64,000 nt of DNA from Parasphingopyxis sp. (lineage in GTDB: Bacteria > Pseudomonadota > Alphaproteobacteria > Sphingomonadales > Sphingomonadaceae): positions 101,386 to 165,385 of the forward strand of contig NZ_JANQNS010000003.1 of the NCBI RefSeq assembly GCF_028279465.1. Direction: 5' to 3'. This document shows positions 31,424-41,710 of this stretch, one piece after another (positions within the stretch are counted from its first letter, which is position 1; each line of letters starts with the position of its first letter). The translations under genes and the position numbers were made by a program. The notes beneath the pieces were generated by a model. The model saw only the letters and a list, made by a program, of their open reading frames with translations, made no database searches and was not told the origin of the DNA.

Positions 31424-32581
31424 CTATGCGGCCTCGTCGTCCGACAGCTTGACGATATCATTCATCAAGCCGCTGGTGCCGTTGGTGACCGTCAGGCGGT
31501 CGACCTTCCCGGCGATGGTCTCCAGAGCTTCGAGCTCCTTCAACCGCAGCATCACCGGATTCTCCGACATCACCTTCGCGGTGTTCAGAAGCGAACGCGT
31601 GGCATTCGTTTCCTCACGCCGGCGGATGACATTGGCCTCGGCTTCTTTCTGCGCGGAAACCACCTGGTTGAGCAGTTCCCGCATATCGCCCGGCAGGACC
31701 ACGTCCTTGAGCGAGATTTCAGAGACCTCCAAGCCGATTTCGGCCATGTCAGCACGCACCTTCTCGGCCGCTTCGGCATTCACCGTCACCTTCTGTTTGA
31801 GGATCTGGTCAAGCGTCATCGCGCCGAGTGTCTTGCGGAAGGCGTACTGCAAGGCCCGGTACAAGGCATCGGTGAAATCCTTCACCTCGGTGGTCGCCTT
31901 GACCGGGTCGGTCACGCGATACTCGGCGGAAATGTTGATCCGCAAAGTCACACGATCCCGCGTCAGCACTTCCTGACCGGTTACGTCGAGCGGCTGACGG
32001 GTCACATCGACCAGCTTGTGGCTGATCTTGCGGCCCGCCTTCCAATAGCCGTAAATTCCCGGTCCAAGCTGCCCGACAAGTACGCCGTCGATGCTGAGGA
32101 TCGCGACCTTGTCCCGATCCACCTCGATCACCGCGACGTCCGCCAGCAAGCCGGACTTCTGCAGTCGCTTCAGCAGCGTACCGTCGACGGCAGCGTCTTC
32201 GCCGATGTCGATGGTCTCTGCCTTCCACGGTCCCGCGTCGGTCCAGAGCGCGAGCTTACGGTCCGGAGCAAGAACGGCGTACGGAACGCCGTCGCGCTCG
32301 ATGACAGCAATCTCGGTGGCGGACGTGCGCAGCATCGTGAGATGCGCGGCTACGTCTTCCGGTGCTTTCTCGAACAGAATCTGCTCATAGTCCGAATAGA
32401 GTTCCGGACGGACCAGATTGTGCCATTCGAGCTTCAGCATACCGCGCCGGTTCGGGAGAACATGCTCCCCCGGCCCCAATATGCCGCGCACTTCACCCTT
32501 GTGCAGGTAAATCGCCCGTTCGTTTGCGTCGATGAGAACGCGCTTGCGCCCCATCAGGCTGTCAATCAATCGCAACATCAT
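31424..32581 (-). CDS. SPFH/band 7 (stomatin/flotillin-like) domain protein
   Basis: SPFH core (VLTRDRVTLRINISAEYRVTDPVKA); GGAG RBS. Confidence 0.8.
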   Translation of the reverse strand: MMLRLIDSLMGRKRVLIDANERAIYLHKGEVRGILGPGEHVLPNRRGMLKLEWHNLVRPELYSDYEQILFEKAPEDVAAHLTMLRTSATEIAVIERDGVPYAVLAPDRKLALWTDAGPWKAETIDIGEDAAVDGTLLKRLQKSGLLADVAVIEVDRDKVAILSIDGVLVGQLGPGIYGYWKAGRKISHKLVDVTRQPLDVTGQEVLTRDRVTLRINISAEYRVTDPVKATTEVKDFTDALYRALQYAFRKTLGAMTLDQILKQKVTVNAEAAEKVRADMAEIGLEVSEISLKDVVLPGDMRELLNQVVSAQKEAEANVIRRREETNATRSLLNTAKVMSENPVMLRLKELEALETIAGKVDRLTVTNGTSGLMNDIVKLSDDEAA

Positions 32582-32941
32582 TCTTACTCCATCTTAAAAC
32601 TAGCTCACGCTCGTTTTCCTTTCATTGGTTTCACGTCACATTTCCCCGAATCAAAAAAGATCCGGGGACCGGTGGCATGCCGCATGGCGGGCGGGCCGGA
32701 GCGGGTGTTGCAGTATCCGGGGCGGATCGGGACGGTTCGAAAACCAGGTCCGTCTCGACCCCGGAACGGCGCAACCTTCACGGCCAACCGAGCCAGTTGG
32801 CATGGTGGCGGACGCATCGCCCTTGCCCGTCCATCGCCCGCAGGCGATTTCGAGGCGCAGGTTTTGCGCCTTTCACATGCCGATCCCCGAACCCGTTAAG
32901 TTGCAAAACAGATTTTCAGTCTGTCTGGTCTTCGCAGGACC

Positions 32942-33014
32942 AATTTGGAGCAGGAGTCGAACCTGCGACAGCAAGATTAACAATCTTGTGCTCTACCCAC
33001 TGAGCTATCCAAGT
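32942..33014 (-). tRNA. tRNA-Asn (GTT)
   Basis: Hand-folded cloverleaf: D-arm TAGCTCAGTGGGTAGAGC; anticodon loop TTGTTAA; T-arm GCAGG-TTCGACT-CCTGC; 6 of 7 acceptor pairs (C2-A71 mismatch); no encoded CCA. Confidence 0.6.
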
Positions 33015-33084
33015 CTGAGACGGGATTCGAACCCGTTCCTCTAGCACCCGAAGCTAGCGCTCTATCCAAATGAGCTACAAAGCA
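33015..33084 (-). pseudogene. tRNA-Pro(CGG)-like fragment lacking a pairable acceptor stem
   Basis: D-arm, anticodon arm (loop TTCGGGT) and T-arm (ACGGG-TTCGAAT-CCCGT) recognisable; 3' acceptor strand missing or overlaps tRNA-Asn; 5' strand cannot pair. Confidence 0.4.
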
Positions 33085-33261
33085 ACCGAACACGACAAGA
33101 CAGCATCCGTACATAGCGGCATCAGCGATGCCTTATGCGGGCGGGCGGGTAAGCCCTGACCGTTGATGTCTGACCCGTCACTTGATCGGGGGACGCGGCT
33201 GATAGGAGCGGTTTTCGTTGTTGGCAAGCCCCGCGGCGAATATTTTCAAGCCCTTGGTCGC

Positions 33262-35586
33262 CTAGAAAACCAGCGTGAAGCGGATCGCGCCGCCCATATC
33301 GTCGCCGATCGTGGCAAAATGGCCGGGGTCGCGGCGATAAAAGAGATGGGCGGCGAGCCAACCGGCGCCGAGCGTGCGCGAATAGGCGGCTTCCATGTCG
33401 ATCTGTCGGCCCTCGGGGGCGAGATTGAAGAAGCGGTTCTCGTAGCGCGTTTCGAGCGTGGCATAATCGTAAGCAGCCGGCAGGTTGAGGCTCAGCCCGC
33501 CGCGATAGACGCGCAGCGGCTGGGCGATGCGTAGCGAAAGCCGGTCGGTGTCGGTCATCACGCCTGATTTCGAGATATCGGCCGACGCGGCGAAGGTCCG
33601 CAGCGTACCGCCGCGCATTATGGCGTTCGATCCGTTGGCGAAGCTCCAGCCATGGCGCATATCGCCGCCAACCGACCAGCCATTGGGTCCGCTCCAGCGT
33701 AGCGCGATATCCGCGAAGAGCGACTGGCCGCCCTGCCCACCGCCCAGCGCCTCGCTGAACCGCGCGCCGAGAAAGGTCGCGCTTTCATCGAGCAGGCTCA
33801 GCCCGCCGTCGAGCCGCACGCTGCCCCATTGCCGGTCGGCGGCGATGCCGATGCGCGTGTAGCGTGATTCCAGCCAGTCATCGCGCGCAACAAAGAGTTC
33901 CGGATCGTGCCGGGACAGCGCCTGGCCGCGCTCGGCCATGATCGTGACGCCAAGCCCGTTCCACTGCCGGTGCATGGCGAAGCTCGTATCGGCCTGGCTT
34001 GCAAATCCGCTATCGCCGATCGCTGGCCGCGCGATCAGGAAAGCGGGCTGCACCCGGCCGTTGAGCCGCGCGCCGACGCTGTCGCCATCCTGCGAGAAAG
34101 CGAAGACGACGCGCGTATCGGCGTCGATCTGCGCAGCGACCATCCCGGCCGCGACGCGGGCGCGCTCGGCATCTTCGCCGCGCAGTGCGAGCCGGGCGAT
34201 TCGCGTCTGGGTCGCCCGGGCATCGATGTTGAAGGCGAGAATTGTGTTGCTGCCGGCCGCTGTTGCGAAACTGCCGCCACGATTGACGGCGAGGCTGTCG
34301 GCGAGTTGCGTCTGCGGTGCCGTGCGGCGCACGGTCTGGGCGAGATCGATCGCGAAGGCCCGGTCGAACCCGTCGAGAATCACGACGCCGACGCCCTGCT
34401 GCCGGGCATCGCCCATCGGCGCTGAGAGAGTCATGCTGTTCGCCATACTGATCGGTTCGCTGGTTCCGGCGAGGCTCATCTGGCCCTGCGGTCGGAAAGC
34501 TTCGGCGAGATCGAGAATGCCTTGACCATAGACATCGTCATCGCCCGCCGCGCCGCCATCTCGCGCGCTTCGGAAGAGCAGGGAGACGATCTCCGCGCCG
34601 GTTAGATTGGGGAAAGCCGACGCGAGCAACGCAACCGCAGCCGTGATCTGCGGCGCGGAATAGGAGGTGCCGCTATAGAGGAAATTCTGCCCGCGTTCGT
34701 CGAAACTGCGGACCCGCTCGCCGAGCGCGGCGAGATAGAAATCTTCGCCGACACCCGCGCGGTTCGAAAAGCTGCTGATCGCATCGTTCCGGTCCACCGA
34801 GCCGGCGATGATCACATGGCCATTGGCTTCCGCGGTCATCGCGACCTGGGCCAGCGCATCGGGATTGGCGCCATCGGCTGTATCGCCGTCATTGCCCGCC
34901 GATATCACGATCACGATTCCGGCATTGGCGGCGCGGGCGACGGCTTCGCGAAAGCTGCGGCTGGTTCCGCTGCCGCCGAGCGAGATATTGATCGCCCGCG
35001 CATTATTCTGGACGGCGATGTCGATCGCTTCCGCAAGATCGCCCGTGTTGTGCGTACAGCCTTCATCGCCGCCTGCCGCGCAGCTACCCGGTTCGTCGGT
35101 GCGCAGGACGAGAAGGGTCGAGTCGAACGCCATGCCGACGATCGAACTGTCGTTCCGGTTGGCCGCGATCACCGCGCCGACGGATGTTCCGTGGCCGCCC
35201 TCGTCGTCGATGCCGCGATTGCCGGCAACGTCACGGGAGGCCGCGCTGATCCGGCCGGCAAATTCGGCGTTGTCGCGGTCGATGCCGCTATCGAGCAGGG
35301 CGACAGTCACGCCTTCGCCCGTAGCGCCTTCTGCATAGGCAGTTTGTGCGTTGGCGTGGGCAATCCCGTCGGACCGGCCGAACTCCATCGTGTTCGCACT
35401 GATCGTGGGTGCTGTTGGCGCAGGCGACGGGGGTGATGGCGGTGCCGGAGGCGTCGGCGCGTTCGCCGTCGGCGGTGCCGGGGTCGAGTTGACGCCGGCC
35501 CCTCCGCCACCGCCGCCTCCGCATGCCGCAAGGGTCAAAAATACAGGAAGGCTGGTGGCAATGAGGAGGGGCGTCTTGGTTGGCAT
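33262..35586 (-). CDS. subtilisin-like serine protease (S8) autotransporter lipoprotein
   Basis: Lipobox; Pro/Gly-rich linker; S8 triad (LLDSGID, GHGTSVG, GTSYSAPQ); C-terminal beta-barrel ending in aromatic F. Confidence 0.85.
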   Translation of the reverse strand: MPTKTPLLIATSLPVFLTLAACGGGGGGGAGVNSTPAPPTANAPTPPAPPSPPSPAPTAPTISANTMEFGRSDGIAHANAQTAYAEGATGEGVTVALLDSGIDRDNAEFAGRISAASRDVAGNRGIDDEGGHGTSVGAVIAANRNDSSIVGMAFDSTLLVLRTDEPGSCAAGGDEGCTHNTGDLAEAIDIAVQNNARAINISLGGSGTSRSFREAVARAANAGIVIVISAGNDGDTADGANPDALAQVAMTAEANGHVIIAGSVDRNDAISSFSNRAGVGEDFYLAALGERVRSFDERGQNFLYSGTSYSAPQITAAVALLASAFPNLTGAEIVSLLFRSARDGGAAGDDDVYGQGILDLAEAFRPQGQMSLAGTSEPISMANSMTLSAPMGDARQQGVGVVILDGFDRAFAIDLAQTVRRTAPQTQLADSLAVNRGGSFATAAGSNTILAFNIDARATQTRIARLALRGEDAERARVAAGMVAAQIDADTRVVFAFSQDGDSVGARLNGRVQPAFLIARPAIGDSGFASQADTSFAMHRQWNGLGVTIMAERGQALSRHDPELFVARDDWLESRYTRIGIAADRQWGSVRLDGGLSLLDESATFLGARFSEALGGGQGGQSLFADIALRWSGPNGWSVGGDMRHGWSFANGSNAIMRGGTLRTFAASADISKSGVMTDTDRLSLRIAQPLRVYRGGLSLNLPAAYDYATLETRYENRFFNLAPEGRQIDMEAAYSRTLGAGWLAAHLFYRRDPGHFATIGDDMGGAIRFTLVF

Positions 35587-35694
35587 GTTGGCGAATCACC
35601 TGATCAGGCGCCCCACGCCGACTCGGTCAGTAGGCGCTCCGCGCTTGAAATAACTTTAAGCCCAAATTCATTTTGCGCTAACCGTAAGGTCGGT

Positions 35695-35962
35695 TAGGGC
35701 GTGTACCTACAGCTGAGACAGCTTCGGCGCCCAAATGGCGAACCTGTCGGGCCGAAAGGCGCGCAGCGAAGGCTGGTTGCCTTTGCAAGCGTCTTTCGGT
35801 TCGAGAGGGAAGCCATTTGGGCGTCCCTCTGGGATTTGATCGAAATGGCCCATTGCTGCGTCGGAGAGACTTGAAATATTGACATATTCCTGCGCCTCTC
35901 CTTCTTGCACTGAGCCATTTCGCTTCAAACCGCAGCTGTCTCAGCTGTAGGTACACGCCCTA
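35695..35962. mobile_element. MITE-like element with 27-bp perfect terminal inverted repeats, flanked by TA
   Basis: TIR GGGCGTGTACCTACAGCTGAGACAGCT at 35697-35723; exact reverse complement at 35934-35960; TA dinucleotide immediately outside both ends. Confidence 0.6.
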
Positions 35963-35972
35963 GGACCGCCAA

Positions 35973-36641
35973 ATGCCGCCGATTCTGTCCCATATCGAGA
36001 CCTGGATCTTCGATCTCGACAATACGCTCTATCCGGCGAGCGCCCGGCTCTTCGAACAGATCGACGTGAAGATGGGCGATTATATCGCCGGGCTGCTCGA
36101 TGTGGACCGGGTCGAGGCGCGGCGCATCCAGAAGCATTTCTTCCATACGCACGGCACGACGCTATCGGGGCTGATGGAGGCGCATGGCGTCGAGCCTTCG
36201 CATTTCCTCGATTATGTGCACGATATCGATCTTGAAGTAATCGACGAGGATCGCGCTTTGGTCGAAGCGATCGGCACGCTGCCGGGGCGCAAATTCGTCT
36301 TCACCAATGGTGACGAGCCTTATGCGCGGCGCGTGCTCGACAAGCTCGGTCTCGGCGAAAGCTTCGAAGCCGTCCACGACATTCATGCCTGCGATTATGT
36401 GCCCAAACCGCAGGTGAGCGGCTATGAATCCATGTGCCGCACATTCGATATTGCGCCGGATAAGGCGCTGTTCGTCGAGGACATGGCCCGCAACCTGATA
36501 CCGGCCAAGACTATGGGTATGGTAACGGTTTGGGTGAATAACGGATCGGAAAGCGGGTCACATGACCATGATTCGGCCTATATCGACTATGAAATAGCGG
36601 CAGTGACGCCGTGGCTGAACGACCTGGTGGAGGCGGCATGA
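35973..36641 (+). CDS. pyrimidine 5'-nucleotidase (HAD superfamily)
   Basis: HAD motif I ([10 protein letters not shown]); located upstream of dapD as in many alphaproteobacteria. Confidence 0.8.
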   Translation: MPPILSHIETWIFDLDNTLYPASARLFEQIDVKMGDYIAGLLDVDRVEARRIQKHFFHTHGTTLSGLMEAHGVEPSHFLDYVHDIDLEVIDEDRALVEAIGTLPGRKFVFTNGDEPYARRVLDKLGLGESFEAVHDIHACDYVPKPQVSGYESMCRTFDIAPDKALFVEDMARNLIPAKTMGMVTVWVNNGSESGSHDHDSAYIDYEIAAVTPWLNDLVEAA

Positions 36642-37480
36642 GCAAGAAGCTAGAAAAAATTATCGAAGAGGGTTGGGATCGGCGCGAGAGCGTCGATGCG
36701 GATACCGGCGGCGAATTGCGTGAGGCGGTCGAAGCGGCGCTCGCCATGCTCGACAATGGCGAAGCGCGTGTCGCGACCAGGGCGGGCGGCGAAGGCTGGG
36801 TCGTCCATCAATGGCTGAAGAAAGCCGTGCTGCTCTCCTTCCGCCTCAATGATATGCAGCTGATCGAAGGATCGCATGGCGGCGGGCATTGGTGGGATAA
36901 AGTGCCGTCCAAGTTCGCCGACTGGGACGAAGAGGCGTTTCGCGCGGCGGGATTTCGCGCGGTGCCGGGGTCGATCGTCCGGCAGGGCGCGCATATTGGC
37001 AAGGATGTCGTGCTGATGCCGAGCTTCGTGAATATCGGCGCGCATGTCGGCGACGGCACGATGGTCGATACCTGGGCCTCGATCGGCAGCTGCGCGCAGA
37101 TCGGCGAGCATTGTCATATTTCCGCCGGCGCCGGGATTGGCGGTGTGCTCGAACCGCTGCAGGCGAACCCGACGATCATCGAGGATAATTGCTTTATCGG
37201 CGCGCGCTCCGAAGTCGTCGAGGGCGTGATCGTCGAGGAGGGCTCGGTGCTCGGTATGGGCGTCTTCATCACCGCCTCGACGAAAATCATCGACCGCTAT
37301 ACAGGCGAGGCCTTTACCGGCCGCGTACCCGCCTATTCGGTCGTTGTCTCCGGCTCGACGCCCAATCGCACCACTGTGGATGGCGATGCCGCGCCAAGCC
37401 TCTATTGCGCTGTGATCATCAAGCGCGTGGACGAAAAAACGCGGTCGAAGACGAGCGTCAACGAATTGCTACGCGGCTAG
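36638..37480 (+). CDS. dapD: 2,3,4,5-tetrahydropyridine-2,6-dicarboxylate N-succinyltransferase
   Basis: Hexapeptide-repeat left-handed beta-helix; conserved DapD N-terminus. Confidence 0.9.
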   Translation: MSKKLEKIIEEGWDRRESVDADTGGELREAVEAALAMLDNGEARVATRAGGEGWVVHQWLKKAVLLSFRLNDMQLIEGSHGGGHWWDKVPSKFADWDEEAFRAAGFRAVPGSIVRQGAHIGKDVVLMPSFVNIGAHVGDGTMVDTWASIGSCAQIGEHCHISAGAGIGGVLEPLQANPTIIEDNCFIGARSEVVEGVIVEEGSVLGMGVFITASTKIIDRYTGEAFTGRVPAYSVVVSGSTPNRTTVDGDAAPSLYCAVIIKRVDEKTRSKTSVNELLRG

Positions 37481-38070
37481 CCGCTGAGGCTGACCACGGT
37501 CCAGGCGACAACCGCTACGAGCAGGATCACCCAGAATATGCGCCGCAGCGGGCGCGGCAGTTTTGCCCAGCCGCGCGTAATGCGCTCGCCGAACAACCAG
37601 ATCAGACCACCCAGTATCGCGAAGCGCAGAAAGCGGCTGGCCGTGAAGAGGGTCAGAAATTCCGCGAACGGATAGCCGCTCGCGCCGGCAACGAAGTTGA
37701 CGAGGTAGCTCGGCAGCGGCGTTGTCCCGGCGAGGAAGATCAGCGATGCGCCGCGCTCGGCGAAATTCGCCCGGTAAGCCTCGACCGTATCGGCGACGCC
37801 GAGCCATTCGCTCACCGGCGCGGCGAAATAGGCGCCGAGGCTATACATGATCGCGCCGGCGACCGCGCTGCCAAGCACCGTGATAAGTGTGAAGAGCCAG
37901 ATCCGCTTGCGCGCGGCGAGGCACAAGGCGATGAACACCGCCTCATAGGGAAAGGGCACGAAAGTCGTCTCGGCGATTTCGAGCAGAAAAAGCGCGGGCA
38001 ACACCCAGACGGAATGGGCGAGGGCGACGACGCGGTCGGTGAACCGCTGCGGCTGCGCGCTCTCCGTCAC
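37477..38070 (-). CDS. DedA/YqaA family membrane protein
   Basis: VPFPYEA motif; multi-TM. Confidence 0.7.
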   Translation of the reverse strand: MTESAQPQRFTDRVVALAHSVWVLPALFLLEIAETTFVPFPYEAVFIALCLAARKRIWLFTLITVLGSAVAGAIMYSLGAYFAAPVSEWLGVADTVEAYRANFAERGASLIFLAGTTPLPSYLVNFVAGASGYPFAEFLTLFTASRFLRFAILGGLIWLFGERITRGWAKLPRPLRRIFWVILLVAVVAWTVVSLSG

Positions 38071-38675
38071 TCTTCGCCGAGCGCGCCGGAAATCAGCGTC
38101 TCGGCGCGCTCGCCGGCCCAGTCCATGCCACCGATCACGCGGAACAGTTCTTGGCCGTCTGCATCATAGAGTATGGTGATCGGCAGCGTATCGGCGGCCA
38201 GCGCCATCATCATCGCGTTTTCCTCGTCGAGCCATTGTTCGAGATTGTCGAAATCATTCTCCGCGAAAAAGGGTTCGACAACCTCTGCGCCTTGCAGATC
38301 CTGGCTGATGGTTAGCACCTTGAGCGCATCCCCTTCGCGTTCGGCGAGTGCGTCGAGCGTCGGCATTTCACGGATGCAGGGCGGACACCAGGTCGCCCAG
38401 AGGTTGATGAGCAGCGGCCGGCCTTCGAAATCGGAGAGGCGGATCGTGTCGCCATCGGGATCGGAGAAGGCGAGATCGGGCGCTGGCGTGCCGCGATATT
38501 CGACGCTCACGCGCCCCATTTCCTCCGAGCCGCCATAGCTCTCCATCTGCGCGCCGTTCATCCCGGGCGCGGATACAGCTTCTTGCGAGGCATCGCCGCT
38601 TTGCCTATCGCAGGCGGCGAAAAGCGGCGCGGAGCCAAGGAGCAGGGCGATCAACAAGCGCACAGGCAATTCCAA
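38067..38675 (-). CDS. TlpA family thiol:disulfide oxidoreductase
   Basis: Lipoprotein signal; WATWCPPC thioredoxin motif. Confidence 0.8.
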   Translation of the reverse strand: MELPVRLLIALLLGSAPLFAACDRQSGDASQEAVSAPGMNGAQMESYGGSEEMGRVSVEYRGTPAPDLAFSDPDGDTIRLSDFEGRPLLINLWATWCPPCIREMPTLDALAEREGDALKVLTISQDLQGAEVVEPFFAENDFDNLEQWLDEENAMMMALAADTLPITILYDADGQELFRVIGGMDWAGERAETLISGALGEE

Positions 38676-38679
38676 TCAG

Positions 38680-40056
38680 ATGTGGGGCGGGCGCTTCGCC
38701 GAAGGCCCGGCCGCGGTCATGCGCGAGATAAATGCGTCGATACCGTTCGACAAGCGCTTGTGGCGGCAGGATATCGCCGCGAGCCGCGCCCATATCGCGA
38801 TGCTGGGGGCGCAGGGGATCGTCGCAGCCGAGGATGTGCAGGCTATCGACGAAGGATTGCAGGCGATCGCCGCTGAATATGAAGCCGATGGTGTGCCGGA
38901 AAATCTCGATCTCGAAGATATCCATATGCATGTCGAGAACCGGCTGGCCGAACTGATCGGCCCGGCGGCCGGGCGGCTGCACACGGCCCGCTCGCGCAAC
39001 GATCAGGTGGCAACCGATTTCCGGCTCTGGGTGCGCGATGCGATCGACGCGGTCGATGCCGGGCTCGCGGCGTTCCAACAGGCACTCGTCACACGGGCTG
39101 AAGAGCATGCCGAGACGATCATGCCGGGCTTCACGCATCTCCAGTCCGCCCAGCCCGTTACACTCGGCCACCACCTCATGGCCTATTATGAGATGGCGCG
39201 GCGGGACCGCAGCCGCTTCGCCGATGCGCGGGCGCGGCTCAACGAGAGTCCGCTGGGCAGCGCGGCGCTGGCAGGGACGGGTTTCGGGATCGACCGCGAG
39301 GCAACGGCCGAAGCGCTCGGTTTCGACCGGCCGACGGACAATTCGCTCGACGCCGTGTCCGATCGCGATTTCGCGCTCGACTATCTGATGGCCGCGACGC
39401 AATGCGCGCTCCATCTTTCGCGGCTAGCCGAAGAATTCGTGATCTGGGCGAGCCAGCCTTTCGGTTTCGTGACGCTGCCTGACGCCTATTCGACCGGTTC
39501 GTCGATCATGCCGCAAAAGCGCAATCCGGATGCCGCCGAACTGGTCCGCGGCCATGCCGGTAGGATCGCCGGGTGCATGACCGCGCTCGTGATGACGATG
39601 AAGGGCCTGCCGCTCGCTTATGCGAAGGACACGCAGGATGACAAGCCGCCGGTGTTCGAGGCGCATGACCTGCTCGCTTTGTCGCTCGCCGCGATGACCG
39701 GGATGGTGGAGACGACGGTATTCGTACCGGAGCGGATGCGCGCGCTGGCCGAAAGCGGTCACGCCACGGCGACCGACCTGGCCGACTGGCTCGTGCGCGA
39801 GGCGGACGTGCCGTTTCGCGAGGCGCATCACATCGTCGGCAGCGCGGTCAAGCTGGCCGATGCGCGCGGCGTGGCGCTGGCTGACCTGTCGCTCGCGGAG
39901 CTGCAGGACATCGACAGCCGGATCGACGAAAGCGTATATGATGTGCTGACCGTCGACGCATCGGTTGCCAGTCGATCGAGCCATGGCGGCACGGCGCCCG
40001 ATCAGGTCCGGGCGCGGATCGCCGAGGCAAAGGCGCAGTTGGAGCAAGGCGCATGA
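38680..40056 (+). CDS. argH: argininosuccinate lyase
   Basis: MWGGRF N-terminus; fumarate-lyase signature. Confidence 0.93.
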   Translation: MWGGRFAEGPAAVMREINASIPFDKRLWRQDIAASRAHIAMLGAQGIVAAEDVQAIDEGLQAIAAEYEADGVPENLDLEDIHMHVENRLAELIGPAAGRLHTARSRNDQVATDFRLWVRDAIDAVDAGLAAFQQALVTRAEEHAETIMPGFTHLQSAQPVTLGHHLMAYYEMARRDRSRFADARARLNESPLGSAALAGTGFGIDREATAEALGFDRPTDNSLDAVSDRDFALDYLMAATQCALHLSRLAEEFVIWASQPFGFVTLPDAYSTGSSIMPQKRNPDAAELVRGHAGRIAGCMTALVMTMKGLPLAYAKDTQDDKPPVFEAHDLLALSLAAMTGMVETTVFVPERMRALAESGHATATDLADWLVREADVPFREAHHIVGSAVKLADARGVALADLSLAELQDIDSRIDESVYDVLTVDASVASRSSHGGTAPDQVRARIAEAKAQLEQGA

Positions 40057-40295
40057 GACAAGCGATACTCATCGGTGCGGCGGCCCTCCTGCTTGCTGCC
40101 TGTGGCGGGCGCGAGCCGCTCCAACCGGCGCAGGGTGAAGGCATGCCGGTGGCGCCGGCCATGGCGCAGAACGAGCCGACCACGGACGACCTGCTCGAGC
40201 CGACGACCCAGCAGCGCCCCGAACGCGTCGACGAATTGCTCCGCCGCTCGCAGGAGCGCGAAGACGATCCGTTCGATCTGCCGCCGCCGGGCTGA
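40053..40295 (+). CDS. small lipoprotein between argH and lysA
   Basis: Lipobox LLAAC; 80 aa. Confidence 0.55.
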   Translation: MRQAILIGAAALLLAACGGREPLQPAQGEGMPVAPAMAQNEPTTDDLLEPTTQQRPERVDELLRRSQEREDDPFDLPPPG

Positions 40296-40298
40296 GCG

Positions 40299-41561
40299 AT
40301 GGACCACTTCCAGCTCCGTGACGGCACCCTGCATGCCGAAGATGTGCCGCTGACGCGTATCGCCGAAGAGGTCGGTACGCCTGTCTATGTCTATTCGCGG
40401 GCGACGCTGGAGCGGCATGCGCGCGTGTTCCGCGAGGCGCTGCGCGGCCTGCCGCGCGTGCATATCGCCTTTGCGATCAAGGCCAATCCCAATCTCGCCG
40501 TGCTGAATGTGCTGTCGCGCCAGGGCTTCGGCGCCGACATCGTGTCAGTTGGTGAGATGAAACGCGCATTGGCGGCCGGCGTTCCGGCGCCGGATATCGT
40601 GTTCTCCGGCGTTGGCAAGACGCGTGCCGAGCTGAGTGAAGCGCTGGACGCTGGTATCGGCCAGTTCAATATCGAGCTGGAAGAGGAGGGCGTGGCGCTG
40701 GCCGAATTCGCGCGCGCCAACGGCAAGACTGCGACCGCGGTGTTGCGCATCAACCCTGATGTCGATGCCGGTACGCATGCGAAAATCTCGACCGGCATGA
40801 AGGAAAACAAGTTCGGTGTCCCGATCGACGAGGCGCCGGCGATATACACCCGCCTCGCCGCGCTGGACGGGCTCGATATGCAGGGGCTGGCGCTTCACAT
40901 CGGCAGTCAGATTTTCGATCTCGGGCCGATCGAGCGGGCCTATGCCAAGGTCGGCGGGCTGGTTGGCGATCTGCGCGGCGCGGGGCACAAGATCGATCGC
41001 GTCGATCTCGGCGGCGGGCTCGGCGTACCCTATGAACGCGGCAAGGTGCCGCCCACGCCCGCCGATTATGGCGAAATGGTCGCGCGCGTGACGAAAGACT
41101 GGGACGTAACCCTGATGTTCGAGCCCGGCCGCGTCATCGTCGGCAATGCCGGCGTGCTGCTGACGCGCGTCATCTGGGTGAAGCCAGGCGTTGTCCGGCC
41201 GTTCGTGATTGTCGATGCGGCGATGAACGATCTCGCCCGCCCGGCGCTCTACGATGCGTATCATGATTTCGAGGCGGTCGAACCGGACGGAGACCGCATG
41301 GAGGCCAATATCGCGGGGCCGGTCTGCGAAAGCGGCGATACCTTCGCCATGGGCCGCGATATCGACGCGGTGCAGGCGGGCGATCTCGCCATATTCCGCA
41401 CCGCCGGCGCTTACGGTGCGACGATGGCCAGCACCTATAACAGCCGCGCGCTTGTGCCCGAGGTGATGGTCGATGGCGATCGTTTTGCGGTCGTCGCCGA
41501 GCGCGTCATGCCCGAACGGCTGATCGACGCCGAGCATGTGCCGGATTTTCTGAACGACTGA
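40299..41561 (+). CDS. lysA: diaminopimelate decarboxylase
   Basis: PLP-dependent group IV decarboxylase; 420 aa. Confidence 0.92.
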   Translation: MDHFQLRDGTLHAEDVPLTRIAEEVGTPVYVYSRATLERHARVFREALRGLPRVHIAFAIKANPNLAVLNVLSRQGFGADIVSVGEMKRALAAGVPAPDIVFSGVGKTRAELSEALDAGIGQFNIELEEEGVALAEFARANGKTATAVLRINPDVDAGTHAKISTGMKENKFGVPIDEAPAIYTRLAALDGLDMQGLALHIGSQIFDLGPIERAYAKVGGLVGDLRGAGHKIDRVDLGGGLGVPYERGKVPPTPADYGEMVARVTKDWDVTLMFEPGRVIVGNAGVLLTRVIWVKPGVVRPFVIVDAAMNDLARPALYDAYHDFEAVEPDGDRMEANIAGPVCESGDTFAMGRDIDAVQAGDLAIFRTAGAYGATMASTYNSRALVPEVMVDGDRFAVVAERVMPERLIDAEHVPDFLND

Positions 41562-41710
41562 GCTTTTTGAGCGGCAAAGTCGGCATTCGATGGGGCGAAT
41601 GCCGACAGCACGGTTTTGTTTCCGTTGGAACTTCGCTAGCGCATTTTCGTCACGCCGGGTCTTGTAATCGCTTGACGCTCGAACAGTATCGAATTTCGAA
41701 GGGACACCCT

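Noticed and set aside
32640-32940. Possible tmRNA (ssrA) or other known ncRNA in the GC-rich spacer next to the tRNAs
   Set aside because: No tag-peptide reading frame (ANDN…AA) and no canonical T-arm/acceptor. No RNase P or SRP conserved motifs seen by eye. Left as an uncharacterised structured spacer.
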